From: Eledone cirrhosa
Taxonomy: Eukaryota
Direction: 5' to 3'
Assembly (NCBI GenBank): GCA_964016885.1
Contig: OZ024741.1
Span: 123,380,001-123,444,000, forward strand
DNA: 64,000 bases
The notes under the pieces are model-generated. The model was given only the letters and a program-made list of their open reading frames with translations. It did no database searches and had not been told where the DNA came from. The position numbers and the translations under genes are program-made. Shown here one piece after another: positions 40,430 through 55,864 of the stretch (the first letter of the stretch is position 1; every line of letters starts with the position of its first letter).

Positions 40430-43400
40430 AACGCTTTCTTTATTAAACACAAGGGTTTACATAAAGTAGACATTAAGGACAGTACAGGACAATACAGGGC
40501 GGTACAAATGGGCATTTCTGTGTGTAAAAAACAAGAAACAGAGGATGTAATAATAGAACAATGAAAAAATTCCCCAATAGGGGGGAGACTTCCGAGGGAC
40601 ATTTGTGGAGAAAGCCCATTAAAAAGCCACAGTGACGCTCCCAGTTTTCCACCTTTAATTTACAGACATATACTCTGAGTAAGCCCATTCACTCGGGCCA
40701 TTCTTGCCTCTCTCACCCATCTTTCAACAAAATGCTGGGAAGAGAGCACTTCCCTTTCTACCCTGATTTTACTTTTAAATGAAATTTGAAAAAGTTAATC
40801 AGGGCATCACGGAAGAGGTAAGTGCTCGTCTTCAGCCCTTTCAAACGTGTCCACCATACTATCTCTTTCGCCATGACCACCAGACAGATATAAACTACTG
40901 CCCTTCCCGGCTAAAGGAAGAGGGCGGGGCAATCCTCACGATGGACTCAGCTGATAGCTGGATCCGTCCTACACGCGACAGCGGGTGTTCGACATAATCC
41001 CACAAGTCATCAATGCTCGGACACTGGAGGAGTGCGTGCAGGACGGTTTGGTCGCCCTGCGCGCATCTCGGACATGCCCGGCTGACGGCACCTCCATGCC
41101 CGTAGAGTTTATCCCGAACTGGGAAAGCTCCTCGGTAGCACTGCCAGGCCAGGTATTTCTGGAAGTTGTCCATAGGCCCCAGCCCGAAAGTTCTTCCGAC
41201 AACACCTGATCACCGTCGAGGAAGAGGTGGAGATGTCGTAGCCTGAGCGCGTGTCTGCGCATCACCAGCCACGGCATTCCCAGCCCTCCACGTAGCGGGT
41301 GTTGACAGCAGATGGACCGCCGGACCATCGGAGCGCGTCCCTTCCACAAAAAGCGAAAGAGCAAACGCTCCAGCGCAGTGAGGCGGGGCTTAGGACAAGG
41401 TACGACGGTCAGGCGGTAGTAGATACGGACGCGATATACGCGTTAGCTACCAGCGCTCGACCTTTCAGGGATAGCTTCCTCTCGGCCAATTTCTGGGTGA
41501 GAGAAGCCACCCTGCTCGTCACCTCGTCCCAGTGTTTGTCCGTCTGGAGATCCGGACCGAACCAGACCCCGAGAAATTTAACCGGTCCGTCCGTCCAGCG
41601 CCCGACGACTCTGTTGGAGGCATGGACCTGCCTCTCCAGGTGCCGAGCTGCAGGCCCTCTGACTTTTCCTGGTTGATCATTGCTCCTGTCACCGCTTCGT
41701 ATTCTCTTAGTGTAGTGCCAATCGCCTCGATGTGTTTGGCGTTCGACACCACTACGGTGACATCGTCCGCATATGCTGACACGGATCTTCCGCATCCTAG
41801 TTTGCGTGGGACCCCCTCAACGTCTCCAGTTTGTGCAGTAATGGCTCGAGAGTCAATACGTACAAGAGGGACGACAGGGGACATTCTTGGCGGACCGAAC
41901 GCATGATGTTCAACGGTTCCGAAAGGTGGCCGTTCACACTCGCCACAGAGCAGAGGCCGCTGTGCATGGCAGCGATCCAGCCTCTGAAGACGGGTTCAAA
42001 GCCAGCCGCCCTCAGGACTGCCGCTAGGTAACGATGGTCGACCCTATCGAAAGCTTTCGACTGATCTAAATTGATCAAGGACCCACTTGTGCCAGGTTAC
42101 CTAGCTACCCTCTCTACGATGTATAGGATGAGGTGGAGGTTGTCGTGGAAGGATCTGTCGGGAATGGCGCATGTCTGCGCCTCTCCCACCATACCAGCAA
42201 CGACAAGTGCCAAGCTCTTTGCTAGCAGCTTCGCCAAAATCTTGAACTTTGTGTTTAGCAGAATTATGGGCCTAAAATTATCTATGTTATCCCACTTGTT
42301 TCGATCCTTTCTCAGCAGCACCACAGCTCCTCGGCTCACAGAGCTGGGAATTCTCCCGTTCTGTTGCCAGTTGCAGTAGACGTCCGCCAAGAGGCCTCCG
42401 AAAAAGTCTGGCATCTGTACATAAAGTTCATAGGGCAGACCATCCAAACCAGGCGATTTACCCCTTGTGTAGCTAGTCATTTCCTCCCGTAGTTCAGCGG
42501 CTGTTATTGGCTTTTCCCAACACTCTGCCTCAGTGGGCGAGAGCCGCGACAGTCCGTCGAGGTAGACACTAAAATCCATCCCTCGATCCGGCCCGCCGCT
42601 GCCTCCGAACAACTGAACGAAGTGTCGCTGAAAAGCTTCACACATTTGCCCGGGATCGAGTAGCATGCGCCCGTCGTGGTCCACCAAAGACCGGATCGTG
42701 GCTTTGTTGCCACGGCGCGCCTCCGCCACTCGGGCCCATTGAACGGCTTTCGTCCCCTCTGTCTGAGAGCACGTACCCTAGCTCTGACAACGCAGCCTTC
42801 GTGCTTTGCATTGGAGAATTGGTCAAAGGCCAATTTCGCCGCAAGTACGTCGGTCGCGATGCTTTTGCTAAGCGCCTCGTCTAATTGTCTAACTAATTCT
42901 CCCTCTGCTCTATTTTTCTCTATTGCCAAAGCCTTACGAAACCTAATGGACTCTATTCTAATTGCTCTTTTCAGAGCAAACCATCACTTGTTGTTGACGA
43001 TGACCCCCGTCAACGCCCGCTTAACTAGTTTGCTAATTCGGTCTCTGTAGGCCTTTCGCGCTGGTAAGGACGCGTTTAGCTTCCAGTAGCCGGGTCCTCG
43101 TTCATGAAGCCTATCTAAATCAAGCAAACAGATACCGAATTTGTGGTCCGTGTAGCAGACTATCTTGATATCTGGACAGCCTATGCTAGAACTTATCTAT
43201 TTCCCTACAAAATAATCTATCTAGATATGATCTGGATGACCCTATACGATTTGTCCAAGTCCCCATTGGCACATTCGGGAAATCCAATCGGTACCTGTCA
43301 GACTGTTCAAAACGCCTGAGCAGGTTGATGAGGCTCTTGCACCCTCCCCTATCCGCTAATCCCACAGTCCCAGCGTGCATTTAAGATCCCGTTCCAGTCG

Positions 43401-45990
43401 CCCACTAACACTAAAGAGCGGGACGTTCCAAGAAAGGTCTCTAGAGGCCGGAAGAAATCAGACCGCCCTATCCTGTCGGGGCATAGACGGCCACTAGCCT
43501 GAAAACTTGCCCGTCTCTGCTGGTCACGTCTAGCACCACCAACTTACTTTCTGGGTCCAGGAGGATGGCCAGTATGGCGAGATCCAAACCTCTCCGAAAA
43601 AACACAGCAACTCCCCCCCCCCCCCGATCCAGGACGGCTGGGAGATGCGTACACATCGTAGCCGCCGAAGATCAGTGCGAAGGCCCGAACTTCGGATATT
43701 CTGGTCTTGCTGATGGCCACTACATCTATGTTTAGTGACCTGAGGTCGTTGAGCAGGTGGCCCTGCTTCCATGACGCCCCCAAGCCATGCGCATTTATGC
43801 TGCCTATTCTGAGTGAGGTCATGTTGAAATGGAGTGGGAAAGATGGGAAAGACCACTTACCTTACTTCTCGTAGAGGAAGGATGGTTTTTCTATCCCTTT
43901 TCACTTGATCATCTGGTGAAGGGACCGTTGAATCGTCCCTTTGGCTGGTCGTCGGCTCTTCTATGAGTATGTCGGAATATACTCTCCGATTGACTGTCCC
44001 TCCTAGGTCTCTGAAATCACCAACTCCGTTGGGGAATTTCGTTTTAATGTTTGCGTATTGCTTCTGTGCTATTGTGACCAGTCTTATGTTCGTTGGTGTT
44101 TTGATTGGTGCTGGTATTATGTAGTCGTGCTGTGAAATGTCTGTGTGTTCAATTATGTAAGTCATTAGTTTCTTGTTGTGTGTATTTATTGCTGTGCATT
44201 TGATTTTCTGGGGGAAGGGTGTGTTTCTGCTATTTTCTTGTCGTTGTTGCTGGGTGTGTGTGTGTTGTTGTTGTGTTTGCGATGTTGGTGCTTGTGGTGG
44301 TGGTGTTGAAGGTGTTGTTGGCGGTGGGGTTGTCGCCGGTGGTGATGGTGGTGCTGGTGTGGGTGGTGATGGTGTTGGTGGTGTTGCTGCTGTGGGTCTC
44401 TTTGCAGTAGACTTTACCCTTTTCTCATTTCTTTCCTCCCTTTTCAAAGGCGACGATGCGCTGCTTCTGCGTTTGTGCCTTCTTGCGACCTTTTGCCATC
44501 CCTCTCCCACCTCACACTCCATGTCTGATTCTGTAAGGTCGGGGAGGGGTACCAGCTCCACTCTTTCACTTGTTGTTGTTGGTGATGTTTGCACTGGAGT
44601 CTCTGTTGCAGCTGCATTTGGTATTGCTGTTGTTGTTGTTAATATTTCCACTGCTGCTGCTGTCTTTGATTTCCGTGGAGTGGGTACGGGTGCCACGGAC
44701 CTATCGTTCCTGGTTGCCGCTTGTCCTGTTGCTGGTAGCCGTGGAGCCGGATTCGGAAGGAGGGGGGCTTTCTCCTTTCTCAGGGTCTTCTCGTTGCAGA
44801 AGGCCCTGAGGTGAGTCTGCGATCCACAGCGGAAGCATTTCGGGCGTTTTCCCTCAACACTTATGGGCATTTGAGTGCTGTTATCGAAGTCTATCACATC
44901 CGGGATAGCTTGTTGGTTTGGATTAACATCTCAATGGAGGTGCCGACCCAATCTTCTCGTACTTTTTTCTGTACTTGCAGTACAGTTGTTTTGTCCTCGA
45001 TTCCGACGAGGACAGACGCGGTCAGCCAAGAAGGGGCCATCCGGGGCGGGGGGGGGGTCAGTTTCACCCTCACAATTTTTTGTCCGCAGTAGGAGGGCAC
45101 CAATACCAATTCCTCGCTCCTTAGGGTCACTAAGGATTGAGCCTTTGCCTACTGGGGTGTGGCAAAAAGCACACCGCGGTGGCACATTTCTTGCCACGGG
45201 TGATATGCTTTTTCCGCTGCCACACAGACCCTAAGGCTTTTTGTATTTGAGCCTCTGTGGCTCTTTCAACCCTACGGGATTTTGTGCTTACTGTACGGTA
45301 CGTGACCGTACAGTGCTGTTGGTTTTCGAAAAATGTTTCGGCTGCCTTGCAGATTGCTCGGTGTCCGGTTTTCATCACCATCTTCTTTGCTTCCTGTAAT
45401 TCCTCATTCGTTATAGGGATGGTTTCCAGGTTCTTTGCGATACCTGCAAACGATCTTGGTATTTCTTTCTTGTTGTTGTTGTCGTCAGAGCTGCTGTTAC
45501 TTTTGTTGTTGCTGCTGGTACTACGCTGCCGCTGTTGCTGTGGTTGTTATTGTTGTTGCTGCTGCTGCTATTGTTGTTTATGCTGCTGTTGATGCTGTTG
45601 CGGCTGCAACTATTGTTTTCCTTGTCACTGTTGCTGCTGCTGCTGTTATAACGGCTGCTACTGCTATTATTCATGACGTTAGACGAATGAAATGGCTTTC
45701 CGTATTTACCGCACACATTTTTCGTCGTTGTCGTCGTCGTGGAGAAATGTTCCACGGTATGCACGTGCTCTTGGAATCTATCAGAAACTATATTTTCCAT
45801 TTCTTTACTGGCGTCGCTAGCGATAGTGAAGGGAGAGAGAGAGACAATCTTCTCTCTGATGTAGTGACGATTGGGGAAGAAGAAGACGGAGTATTTTTTA
45901 GTTCTAAATGAATATTGGGCACAAAACCCCAATAAGCGGTTATTTAACCCCGAAGTGCCAAATAACGGGCAGAAGGTCTCCTCTCACGAG
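40430..45990 (-). mobile_element. Near full-length L1/Tx1-clade LINE (ORF1 CCHC knuckle; ORF2 APE endonuclease and RT), frameshifted
   Basis: ORF1 CFRCGSQTHLRAFC; ORF2 begins MTSLRIGSINAHGL at 43822; KSPGLDGLPYE, FRPIILLN, NLDQSKAFDRVDH, SVRQECPLS, AYADDV, GGLGMP, CPRC..TVLHALLQC; AATAAA near the 3' end. The 5' boundary is approximate. Confidence 0.9.
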
Positions 45991-46125
45991 GAGGAAGGTG
46001 TTTTTATCTACATTTTGGTTAAAGTTTTAAACAATTTACAATTGTTATAGCGGTTAAAAATTACTATACCTTACAGAGCCGAGCCTCCGTCAACCATGAC
46101 ATTCAATAATAATAATAATAATAAT

Positions 46126-49040
46126 GATTTCTTTATGACCACAAGTGCTGACATCAAGAAATACATTACAGACGGCACAGGACGGTACAGGACGGTACGA
46201 TGTGGGTTTTGTGCGTGTAAAGATTTTTTTATTATTTATATAAGAAATGAAAAAGAAAAAAAGACATAGAAACATATATATATATATAAACAATAAACAT
46301 GAAAATTGAAACAATGAAAAATTCCCCAATAGGGGGGAAATCTCCGAGGGTTGCTCGTGGCGAAAACCGCACAAAAGCCCACGGCTACCCTTACCACCAG
46401 GGCAAGCGCCCTCTCTCAATTGTTTCCCATTACTCAATTTACAAGCGTATATTCAGAGCGGTCCGGTTCAATCGGACCATTCTCGCTACATTCACCCACC
46501 TTTCAATAAACTTGATAGAAGACAGCACTTGCCTCTCCACCTTGATTTTCATCGTCAAGTGAAACTTAAAAAAGTTAATCAGGGATTCGCCGAAGAGGAA
46601 AGTGTCTGTCTTTAACCTGTTCAACCTTGTCCACCACACAATCTCTTTCGCCATGGCCACCAGGCAGATGAAAACCGCCTGCTCCTCCTCCTCGAAGGAA
46701 GACAGCGAGACCATCTGCAAAATTGACTCAGTCGATAACCGGATCGGTCCTACACGCGACAGCAACTGTTCAACATAGCTCCACAAGTCAGCAATGCTCG
46801 GGCACTGAACGAATGCGTGCACGACGGTTTCGTCGCTCTGCGCGCATCTCGGACAGGGTCGGCTGACAGCACTTCCGTACCTGTAGAGCTTATCTCGAAC
46901 CGGCAAAGCTCCCCGGTAGCACTGCCAGGCCAGAGATTTCTGGAAGTTATCCATAGGCCCCGGGCTGAAAGTTTTCCGGAAGAGAGCAAACAGCTGATTT
47001 TCATCGACGCCCAGAATTTCACCGAGAAAGACGTCGCGCTTCCCCTCCACTAGTCCTCTATAGAACGCCGAGGTGGATGTTCCACCGATATTGGTGCCCA
47101 GCTAGCAGATGGCAGTGAGCGCCTGGAGACATTCCAGTTTCCAAGCGCTATCCCTCGGTCTTTTCCTGACCCAGAATTGCAGTTCCGTCAAGGAGACGAG
47201 CTGTGGGGAAAACGTGCCCTGCGAACGGCGACCACACCTGTTCACCGTCAAGGAAGCGCCAGAGATGTCGCAGCCTCAGTGCATGTTTGAGTATCATCAG
47301 CCATGGCATGCCCAGTCCTCCACGCAACGGGTGTTGACAGCAGATGGATCGTCTGACCATGGGAGCGCGTCCCTATCACAAAAAGTGGAAGAGGAGGCGC
47401 TCCATTAGGGTGAGAGTTGGGCCGGGGCAAGGGACGACGGTGAGGCGGTAGCAGATGACGGATGCGATGTACGCATTCGCCACCTCCGTCCGGACTTTCA
47501 GGGACAGCTTCTCTCGGCCCATTTCTGGGTGAGGGAGGCCACTCTGTTCGTCACCTCGCTCCAGTTTTTCTCCATCTGGAGGTCCCATCCTAATCAGACC
47601 CCGAGCAATTTAACCGGTCCGTCCGTCCAACGGCCCCACGACGCTGTCTGACGGCATGGACTTTCCTTTCCAGGTGCCGAGCTACAATCCCAACAATTTT
47701 CCTGGTTTATCTTTGCTCCTGTCACCGCTTCGTATCCTTGAGAGCGGTGTCGAGCATCTGGACGTGTCAGGTGCTCGACACCACCACGTTGACGTCGTCG
47801 GCGTAAGCCGACTCGGATTTCTTACATCCTAGTTCGCATGGGACGCCACTAATCGCCCTCAGTGTGTGCAGTAACGGCTCGAGAGCCAATACGTACAAGA
47901 GGGACGAGAGGGGACAACCCTGGCGAACCGAGCGCTTGATTCTGAACGGCTGCGACAGGTGGCCGCTCACCTTTACAACTGAGCAGATAACGCTGTACAT
48001 CGCAGCGATCCAACCCCTGAAAACAGGCCTGAAACCGGCTGCCTCGAGGACCGCCGCCAAGTACCGATGGTCGACCCTATCAAATGCTTTGGATTGATCC
48101 AAGTTGATCAGGGCCCCACCCGTGCCAGGTTCCTTAACCATCCTCTCTACGATGTATCGCATGAGGTGGAGGTTGTCGTGTATGGATCTATCCGGAATGG
48201 CGCATTTCTGCTCCTCTCCCACTAGAGCTTGGACGACAAGCACCAACCTCGTTGCTATCACCTTGGCCAAAATCTTAAACTCTGCGTTTAGCAGAGTTAT
48301 GAGCCTGAAGTGATCGATAACATCGCCCTTGGTCGGGTCTTTTCTCAGCAGCGCCACCACTCCCCGGCTCACAAAACTGGGAATGCTCCCGTTCTGCTGC
48401 CAGTTGCAGTAGACGTCTGCCAAGATGTCACTGAACAAGTCTGGCATAAATGCATAAAGCTCGTAGGGCAGACCATCCAAACCTGGCGATTTACCCCTCG
48501 TGCAGTTAGCAATCGGTTCACGTATTTCACCGGCTGTTATTGGCTTTTCGCAATACTGTGCTGCGGTCGTCGAGAGCCGAGGCAGTCCGTCGTGGTATGC
48601 ACTGAAGTCCATACCCCGATCTGGCACGCTGCCACATCCGAACAGTTCAGCAAAGTGCTGCTGAAAACCCTCACACATCTGCTCGGGTTCGAGCAACATG
48701 CACCCGTTTTGGTCAGACAAAGACCGAATTGTGATTATGTTAACACGTCGCGCCTCTGCCACCCGGGCCCATTGGACGGCTTTGGTCCCCTCGTGTTTCA
48801 GAGCACGCGCTCTAGCTCTGACAACGCAGCCTTCGTGTTTTGCGTTGAAGAATTGCTCGAGTACCAATCTCGCCGCAAACACGTCGGTTTCGTTGCCTGT
48901 CCTAAACGCTTCTTCTAGCTTTCTGACTAGCTCTCCCTCTACTCTATTTTCCTCTATTGCTACTCCTTTGCTAAATCTAATCGACTCTACTTTAATTGCC
49001 CTTTTCAGGGCAAACCACCAACTGTTGTTGACGACCACTC
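46126..49040 (-). mobile_element. 5'-truncated L1/Tx1-clade LINE (RT to 3' end)
   Basis: 423-aa RT ORF (SVRQGCPLS, YADD); C-terminal CPRC..ETVVHAFVQC; (ATT)n tail at 46105-46125. Confidence 0.9.
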
Positions 49041-49704
49041 CCGAAGTCTGTTTATGAGCATCTCATATAATGATAAAAGTACGGCAAATGAATTTGACAA
49101 AGTCAATAAATATAAAGATTTGCTCAATGAAATTGAAAATAAATGTGACATCTCAATATGGTTACAATAACTGATTGTAGGAGCAGTAGGAATGCAAAAA
49201 AAAAAGAACAGGAAATTGCTTTTGATTGATACCTGGCTTAACATTAAATTGTTTTAACTGGAACAGCACACATATTGAGAAGAGCCCATCGCCATGGGAA
49301 TGATAATTATCTATGTAATATTTCTACATAACTTTATTTTCTTATATTCCATATTTATGTTAGGTGTAACACTCTGATATGATTGAATAGCCTTCTGTAG
49401 TAAATATGATTTCAAATGGATAATGTGCACATGTATGAAGCAAATAATTTAATTCTGATTCTGTAAAGTGCGTGAAGTGAACAAACTAGGGTGATAACTA
49501 TTATTATTTGTATTCCTTTGAGAGAGGACACTTGCTACATCGGTAAGGTTACTATGTCTTTTTGTGGACTTTCTCCATGAGTAACTCTCAGAGGTATCGC
49601 GAATTTTAACGAATTTTTTTATGTCTTTTTTTTTTTATGTTTATTTTTTACTCTTCTTTATAAATCTTTCTCTCTCACAAAAATCACACACTATAGTGAT
49701 CTGC

Positions 49705-50570
49705 ACCACAATAATTGGGACGAGTTTACAACCAGGTTAGCCACTCTCACCCAGAAATGGGCCAAGGTAAATCTGTCTGTCCCTGAAAGGTCGGATGGAG
49801 GTGGCGAACGCGTACATCGCGTCTGTCATCTACAACCACCTGACCGTCGAACCTCACCAACTAGGAGCGGCTCTTCTTCAACGTCTTGTGGAGGGGACAT
49901 GTTGCGTTGGTGAGGCGGTCCATCTGCTGCCAGCACTTTCTATGCGGAGAGCTGGGCACACCATAGCTAATGATGCGCAAACATGCGCTGACGCAGCAGC
50001 ATCTCCAGATATTCTGCCTAAACGGTGAACAGGTGTCGTCGCCGTTTGTGAGAGGGGCCTTTCCGCAGCTCCTCTCCTTGACTGAGCTGCAGTCCTGGGA
50101 CAAGTAGAGACCGAGACTGGGTGGCTGGCGTCTGGAATGTTGTCAGGCGCTCAATGCTCTCTCTATAGAGGATTAGTGGTGGGCAAGTACAACGACGAAC
50201 ACGGAAAGGCTCTGGGAGTCGACCAAGTCGAACTGATCAATATCTTCCGGAGGACTTTCCAGTCGGGGACTATAGGCTTCTTCCAGGAATCCCTCGCTCG
50301 GCAGTGCTACCGGAGGTCACTGCCGTTTTGACATAAAACACGAAACTATTCTGCACCTTCTCAAGTGCCCTTCAAGCGTCGGGTAGTTCAGAATCGGTGG
50401 AGTACCTGAATCGACTCTGGATGGTTATCCCCCCTATTGGAGAATTTTAATTTTGTATTTTTATTGATATTTTGTTTTTATTATTTATATTTTTACACGT
50501 TATATATGTCCTTGTCTATTGTATTGTAACCCTTATTTAGGCCCTTGTGGCCAATAAAGAAATTATCATT
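49705..50570 (+). mobile_element. Degenerate Tx1 3' fragment in the opposite orientation
   Basis: EVANAYIASVIY; ends ccaataaagaaattatcattattatt. Confidence 0.75.
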
Positions 50571-50604
50571 ATTATTATTTTTATTATTATTGCGGAAATT
50601 TTAA

Positions 50605-51010
50605 GGTCGGTGGATTGACAGAATTATTATTGCGCCTGGTAAAATATTTTGCGGCTTATTGTTACGGCCATTTACATTTTGTGTTCAAATCCCGCACTAG
50701 TTAGCTATGCCTTTATCCTTACGGGGTCGATAAAATATTGTACCAGTCACGCACTTGGGTCGATTTGATCGACTCTCACTCCCCCAAATTTCTGGCCTTG
50801 TGCCTAAATCAGAAACCATAATTATGGGAATTCTAGTCGCCGGACAAAATGTCTTGCTGCATTTAATTCAGCCCCTTTACTTCCTGAATTGTAACCTTTC
50901 CGAGATGAACTTTACTTTTGACCCTTCCCGGATCAATAAAATAAAGTAACATTAAAGAGATAATCTATTTCCACCCACTATAAATTGATGGCCTTGTGCC
51001 TAGAGCAGAA
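50605..51010 (+). mobile_element. Two tandem degenerate Nin-like SINEs
   Basis: GTTCAAATCCC...ATCCTTACGGGGTCGATAAAA...GGCCTTGTGCCTA. Confidence 0.7.
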
Positions 51011-54000
51011 CTCATTATTGTGTATCCATGTTGCCGACAAAAGAAACCATTGTTATTATTAACACTAAGTGAGATTTTATGTCGTTTTTGTCGCTAGTGA
51101 ATTTATCTAATTATTTTTTATTTATTTATCTACATTGTTGTTTTTCATACTTTTTTTTTTCTATTAACATGATTTACTATATTGCCGAAATCTTTTAACC
51201 TCTATTCTCTGTGTACGTAAAAGCAATTGATTTTAATTAAATTCACTTGCTGGAAAACATTAAACTTTGTGTTTCTACGAGCCACTTAACGATATTCCCG
51301 TAGTGAGGTTTAGTGCATTACATTAATAATCATTCCTATTCCTATGCCAATAAATAGTCGGTCGGTGTCGTAACCGATGGAGGTCCGAGGCATTTAAATT
51401 TATTAAATACGACGGGCTTCTGATGTTTCCGTTTATCAAATTTCATTTCTTATGCGTTAGTCATTTACGACGATCATAGAAGGCACTTGCCGAGATTACT
51501 GCACATTGAAACTGAACCGATATACTTTTTTATGTATATGACACTATCTCCCAGATTCAGATTAGCTCATATTTAGCATTCTATTGAATTTCTTTTTTGA
51601 TTTCTTTTTACGGCAGAGAGACTCAAGCTTGTTCTTTTGTGTTATAACTCGAAAAACGCGCTACCGACCTATTCTAAAAGAAAAATATACTTATTCAACT
51701 TTACGGTCTTATCCATGGTTCGCAGTCCCATTACCGCCGCACCTTACACCAGAGCCCAATCAACCTCCCCATTCCCCTACCCCATTATTCCGTGACACTA
51801 CAGACCTTGCCTTTCCTTTCCTTTTCAGTTTTTTTATATTTACTTATTTACATTCCATTCTTTCTTCTCAATCAGATTATTTTTCCTTTTCTATTTAAAT
51901 ATGTTTACTATTATAAACATCAATTTACTTCTGTAAATAAATTGTATCTCTAGATTAAAAGTTGTGGCTTTAAATAACGTATTATTTAACTTGATCTCTT
52001 TATTAATACGGTTCTTATCTATTATGATTTTCTTCATACAAGAACACCACCAACTTGCCGATTGCCAAGCATTTTTGTGACGGATTTTATTTCATCTACG
52101 TATTTTCTTTATGGATGTATGTATAGTCCCTTAACTGATCATGTAGTCTTAGGGACGTTGATTCATTTTAGCACTAACTTCATGCTACCTATTGCCTCAC
52201 TTAGCAACACGGAGTTTATTTCACATTATTTTCAATTATCTTCTTCTTCTTCCCCCATTTGTCCCCGGTCGGGTCTTGGGGGCAGATTTCTGTAGCACAC
52301 CTTCCAGCTGGTCGTGTCAGAAGAAACCGTCTCCAGTTGATCGTCTTTCTATTCTCTCTTTTCTCCAATTATCGATGGAAGAATTAAACAGAATTGAAAT
52401 GTTGCAGAGAGTGTGTTTGGAATAGGGGTGTGAGCGTCACAAAATACAACAATATTCATCAGAATTTCAATTTATAAAAAGATTAAACATTTGAGACTAA
52501 ATCTTATTTTAGTTTAAAACCTAATCCGAGGATCTGACACTGCACACATATTTCTCAAACGTTCACCACACACGTACTGTTCTATTGATTTTGACATCTT
52601 AAACAGAAATATTTCTGTAATCTAATCGGTGAATCGCCGTTGGTTTCGACAATGAGAATCCTCCTGCTCATGAAAATATATCTAAGTGGCTGAGCATTAT
52701 ATAGTTATAAACTTACACAATTCATATTAGATTATATCATAAACAAAATATATTTAAAACATGCACAATTACATTTTATTACATACTATGCTCTGTCTAC
52801 TAATATCTGTAGACACAGGATAGACGAACAATTAACAGCCTTGTTTCTCAATCCAAATGTTTGTATCCGATTTCATTGCGTGGTTACATTGGAAAATGTT
52901 ATTACCATAAGCTCATGTTGACCAGTGATATGTGATCGAAATTGGGTAGTAGAAATAGTTTGGAAGGCATTCGAATACACTGTGACAATAACTAAGAGGC
53001 TATTCTCGTCACACACTATGTCAAGTAGATTTCCCCTTATGATTACATAATGGGTACGTGTCTTGCTGAAACCTTAAGCCACTGACACGTTAATTGCATT
53101 GATCGAACATCAAACATTCATCCTCGAAACCAAGGGAGGTCCGTCCTCGTTTCGTGAGTATATATATGATTGTGCGCTTTTCTTTTTGATGTTTTCCGTA
53201 TTTGATGCAACAGATTATATCGCAGTACATATCCTTATTGAATAAATGCTACGGTAGAACTCAATAAAACGTGTTGGTGGTATATTTTAATGGACAATCG
53301 TTACATATACATGAGCTCCTTGTATTAATATCCATATCATATTATAACATTAAGTATACACGATTACACAGATTTACGAAACTACACCTCTACACGCATC
53401 ATTCTTCTTATGACCAGCGGTGAAGTTTACCTACATTATTGAACGGTAATCAAATATGTACACCATATTAAACTTAATCTATTAATTCTAACATCTTATC
53501 ATCCGATACATCACTGTCAAATCTGTTGCAATTCATGTAAACTTCGTAGCTGTTCATAGTTTTTTTCTTTCTCAATGCCCATAATCAATAAAATGATCAG
53601 TGTACTAAACGAATTCCTCCTCCCCTTTTCAACTGTGCAATGGAGAGAAAAATTACTACAAATTCAATCGGGAATAAAATTGCCGGTATTTACTTAAATC
53701 TGAAATCAAATTTACTTGCTTAAGCATTCACGTTCATCATTTAGTTCTTAATTGAGGCGGAATAAATATTTTATAAGAGTTATTTGACTATGTAATGGCT
53801 ACATATTTGCTTAGCGGTATCAAGCACAAAAGATAATCCATTTATTCTATATTTCACTTTATTCATAGAATTTTTATTCAGGTTTTGTTGTATAATGTAT
53901 GTTCTAATTCTATTTCTATCTAAAACTCTATTTTCTGTATAAAAGGATTGGTTGCAAAATGATTAGATAGTCGTATATCGGTTTCGAATTAATTTCCATT

Positions 54001-54734
54001 GATTATGATGATGAGTGTCCCAATTGTTTCGATCAGCGGAACAATCTGTATTTGAAATTAACAGGTAAATAGTAGAGTATTCCTTAGAGAACGTAATTCC
54101 TAGTGAGAATCATCATGACCCAGTGAGTGAAAATGTGAGTCTTTCGAATTACAGTTACAGCCCATTTGATGGGCTTCAGACCACTTTCCCACCATCCAGT
54201 TTCACTCTCAAGGCAGATCGAAACAGGATTATGATAAATGACATTTGAATAAGATGCCATATAGTGGGTGAGAATCCGGAAACTGATGATTGCGAAACAA
54301 ACCTCTTAACATCTGACGTTTAGAAGTGTCTATTTCATTTTACAGTTATATGTCTACGGTAATTGACGGTCATCGCATTCAAGGGATAAGGTTGAACATA
54401 TTGAATCGAGTATATATATATATATATATATATAATTTTTTTTTTTTTTTTTTTCACCTCAGCGATTTTGGTCCATTACGATTAGAACATATATATATTT
54501 GTCTGTGTTCGTTTTTCCTTTTTGTTCAGTTATATACGGCTCGGGAAAATCTTTTTCCTAGAGCTAATTTACTGTAATGAGACTATTTTGAGTTTCTAAC
54601 TCAATACATGCTTTTGATATATATATATATATATCTTTTTTTTATTGATCGACTTTCGTCAAATTGGACCGAGGAAACAATGTTTCCGTTGGTCTTTCCA
54701 GTTGCTAATACTATCTATCGGTGGCAACTCCAGG

Positions 54735-54860
54735 TAGAAGGAGCAACTTGAATTAAAGTGTCTTGCTCAAGGACATAACGCATCGCCCGGTCCAGCAATC
54801 GAACTGACAACCTCAAGATTGTGAATAGAATTCTCTAACCATTCAGCCACACGTCTTCAT
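54735..54860 (-). mobile_element. Second tRNA-derived SINE family (related copy at about 23075-23180)
   Basis: Minus strand GTGGCTGAATGGTTAGA...GTTCGATTGC...TGTCCTTGAGCAAGACACTTTAA. Confidence 0.6.
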
Positions 54861-54918
<58 letters not shown>

Positions 54919-55064
54919 CGTTTCTTATTGGCAACATGACCCTCCCAAAGTATAACAATATATATATATATATATCAATATAGTATTTATCAATCTCTGT
55001 TCCCACCCTTTCTAACATTCACTCTCTGTTTGTAATTATATATACAAACACACATACACGCATG

Positions 55065-55107
<43 letters not shown>

Positions 55108-55200
55108 GCACATATATATATATACATACACATTTATATACATATATACATGCACATATATATATATATACACATATATATACATATATATATATACAGA

Positions 55201-55277
<77 letters not shown>

Positions 55278-55383
55278 AAATGTGTGAGATTCTTGGTACA
55301 GTTAGGTACATTTGAAAAAAAGGAAAAGAATGACTTCACTTGTAGTGTTAAAACAATTTATGATTTATATTTAATGTTATAAT

Positions 55384-55570
55384 TGTTTCTACTTTAGGAA
55401 CAAGGCCAGCAATTACCCAGTGCGTTACTGGTACTTTATTTTATCGACCCCGTAAGGATGAAAGGCAAAGTCAACCTCGGCGGGATTGGAACTCAGATCG
55501 TAAAGGGACGTAACTATGCTGCAAAGCATGGCGTCCGACCCTCTACCGATACTGCCAATCCACCGCCCTT
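55384..55570 (-). mobile_element. Full-length Nin-like SINE with 10-bp target-site duplication
   Basis: ATGTTATAAT at 55374-55383 and 55573-55582. Confidence 0.85.
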
Positions 55571-55679
55571 TGATGTTATAATATTATAATATTATGAGTT
55601 GAATATTATAATAAAATGATAATTAAATCATAAACTTTTTAACACTACAAGTGAAGTCATTATTTTCTTTTTTTTTCAA

Positions 55680-55804
<125 letters not shown>

Positions 55805-55864
55805 AAATATTTAAAAAATAATGAATAAAACAATGAAACAGTTCCTTATATTAAACAAAAAAAG

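Noticed and set aside
44173-44814. 213-aa Gly/Val-rich plus-strand ORF
   Set aside because: Antisense of the Pro/Thr-rich part of Tx1 ORF1
55490-55570. tRNA-like A and B boxes
   Set aside because: SINE head, not a cloverleaf tRNA gene
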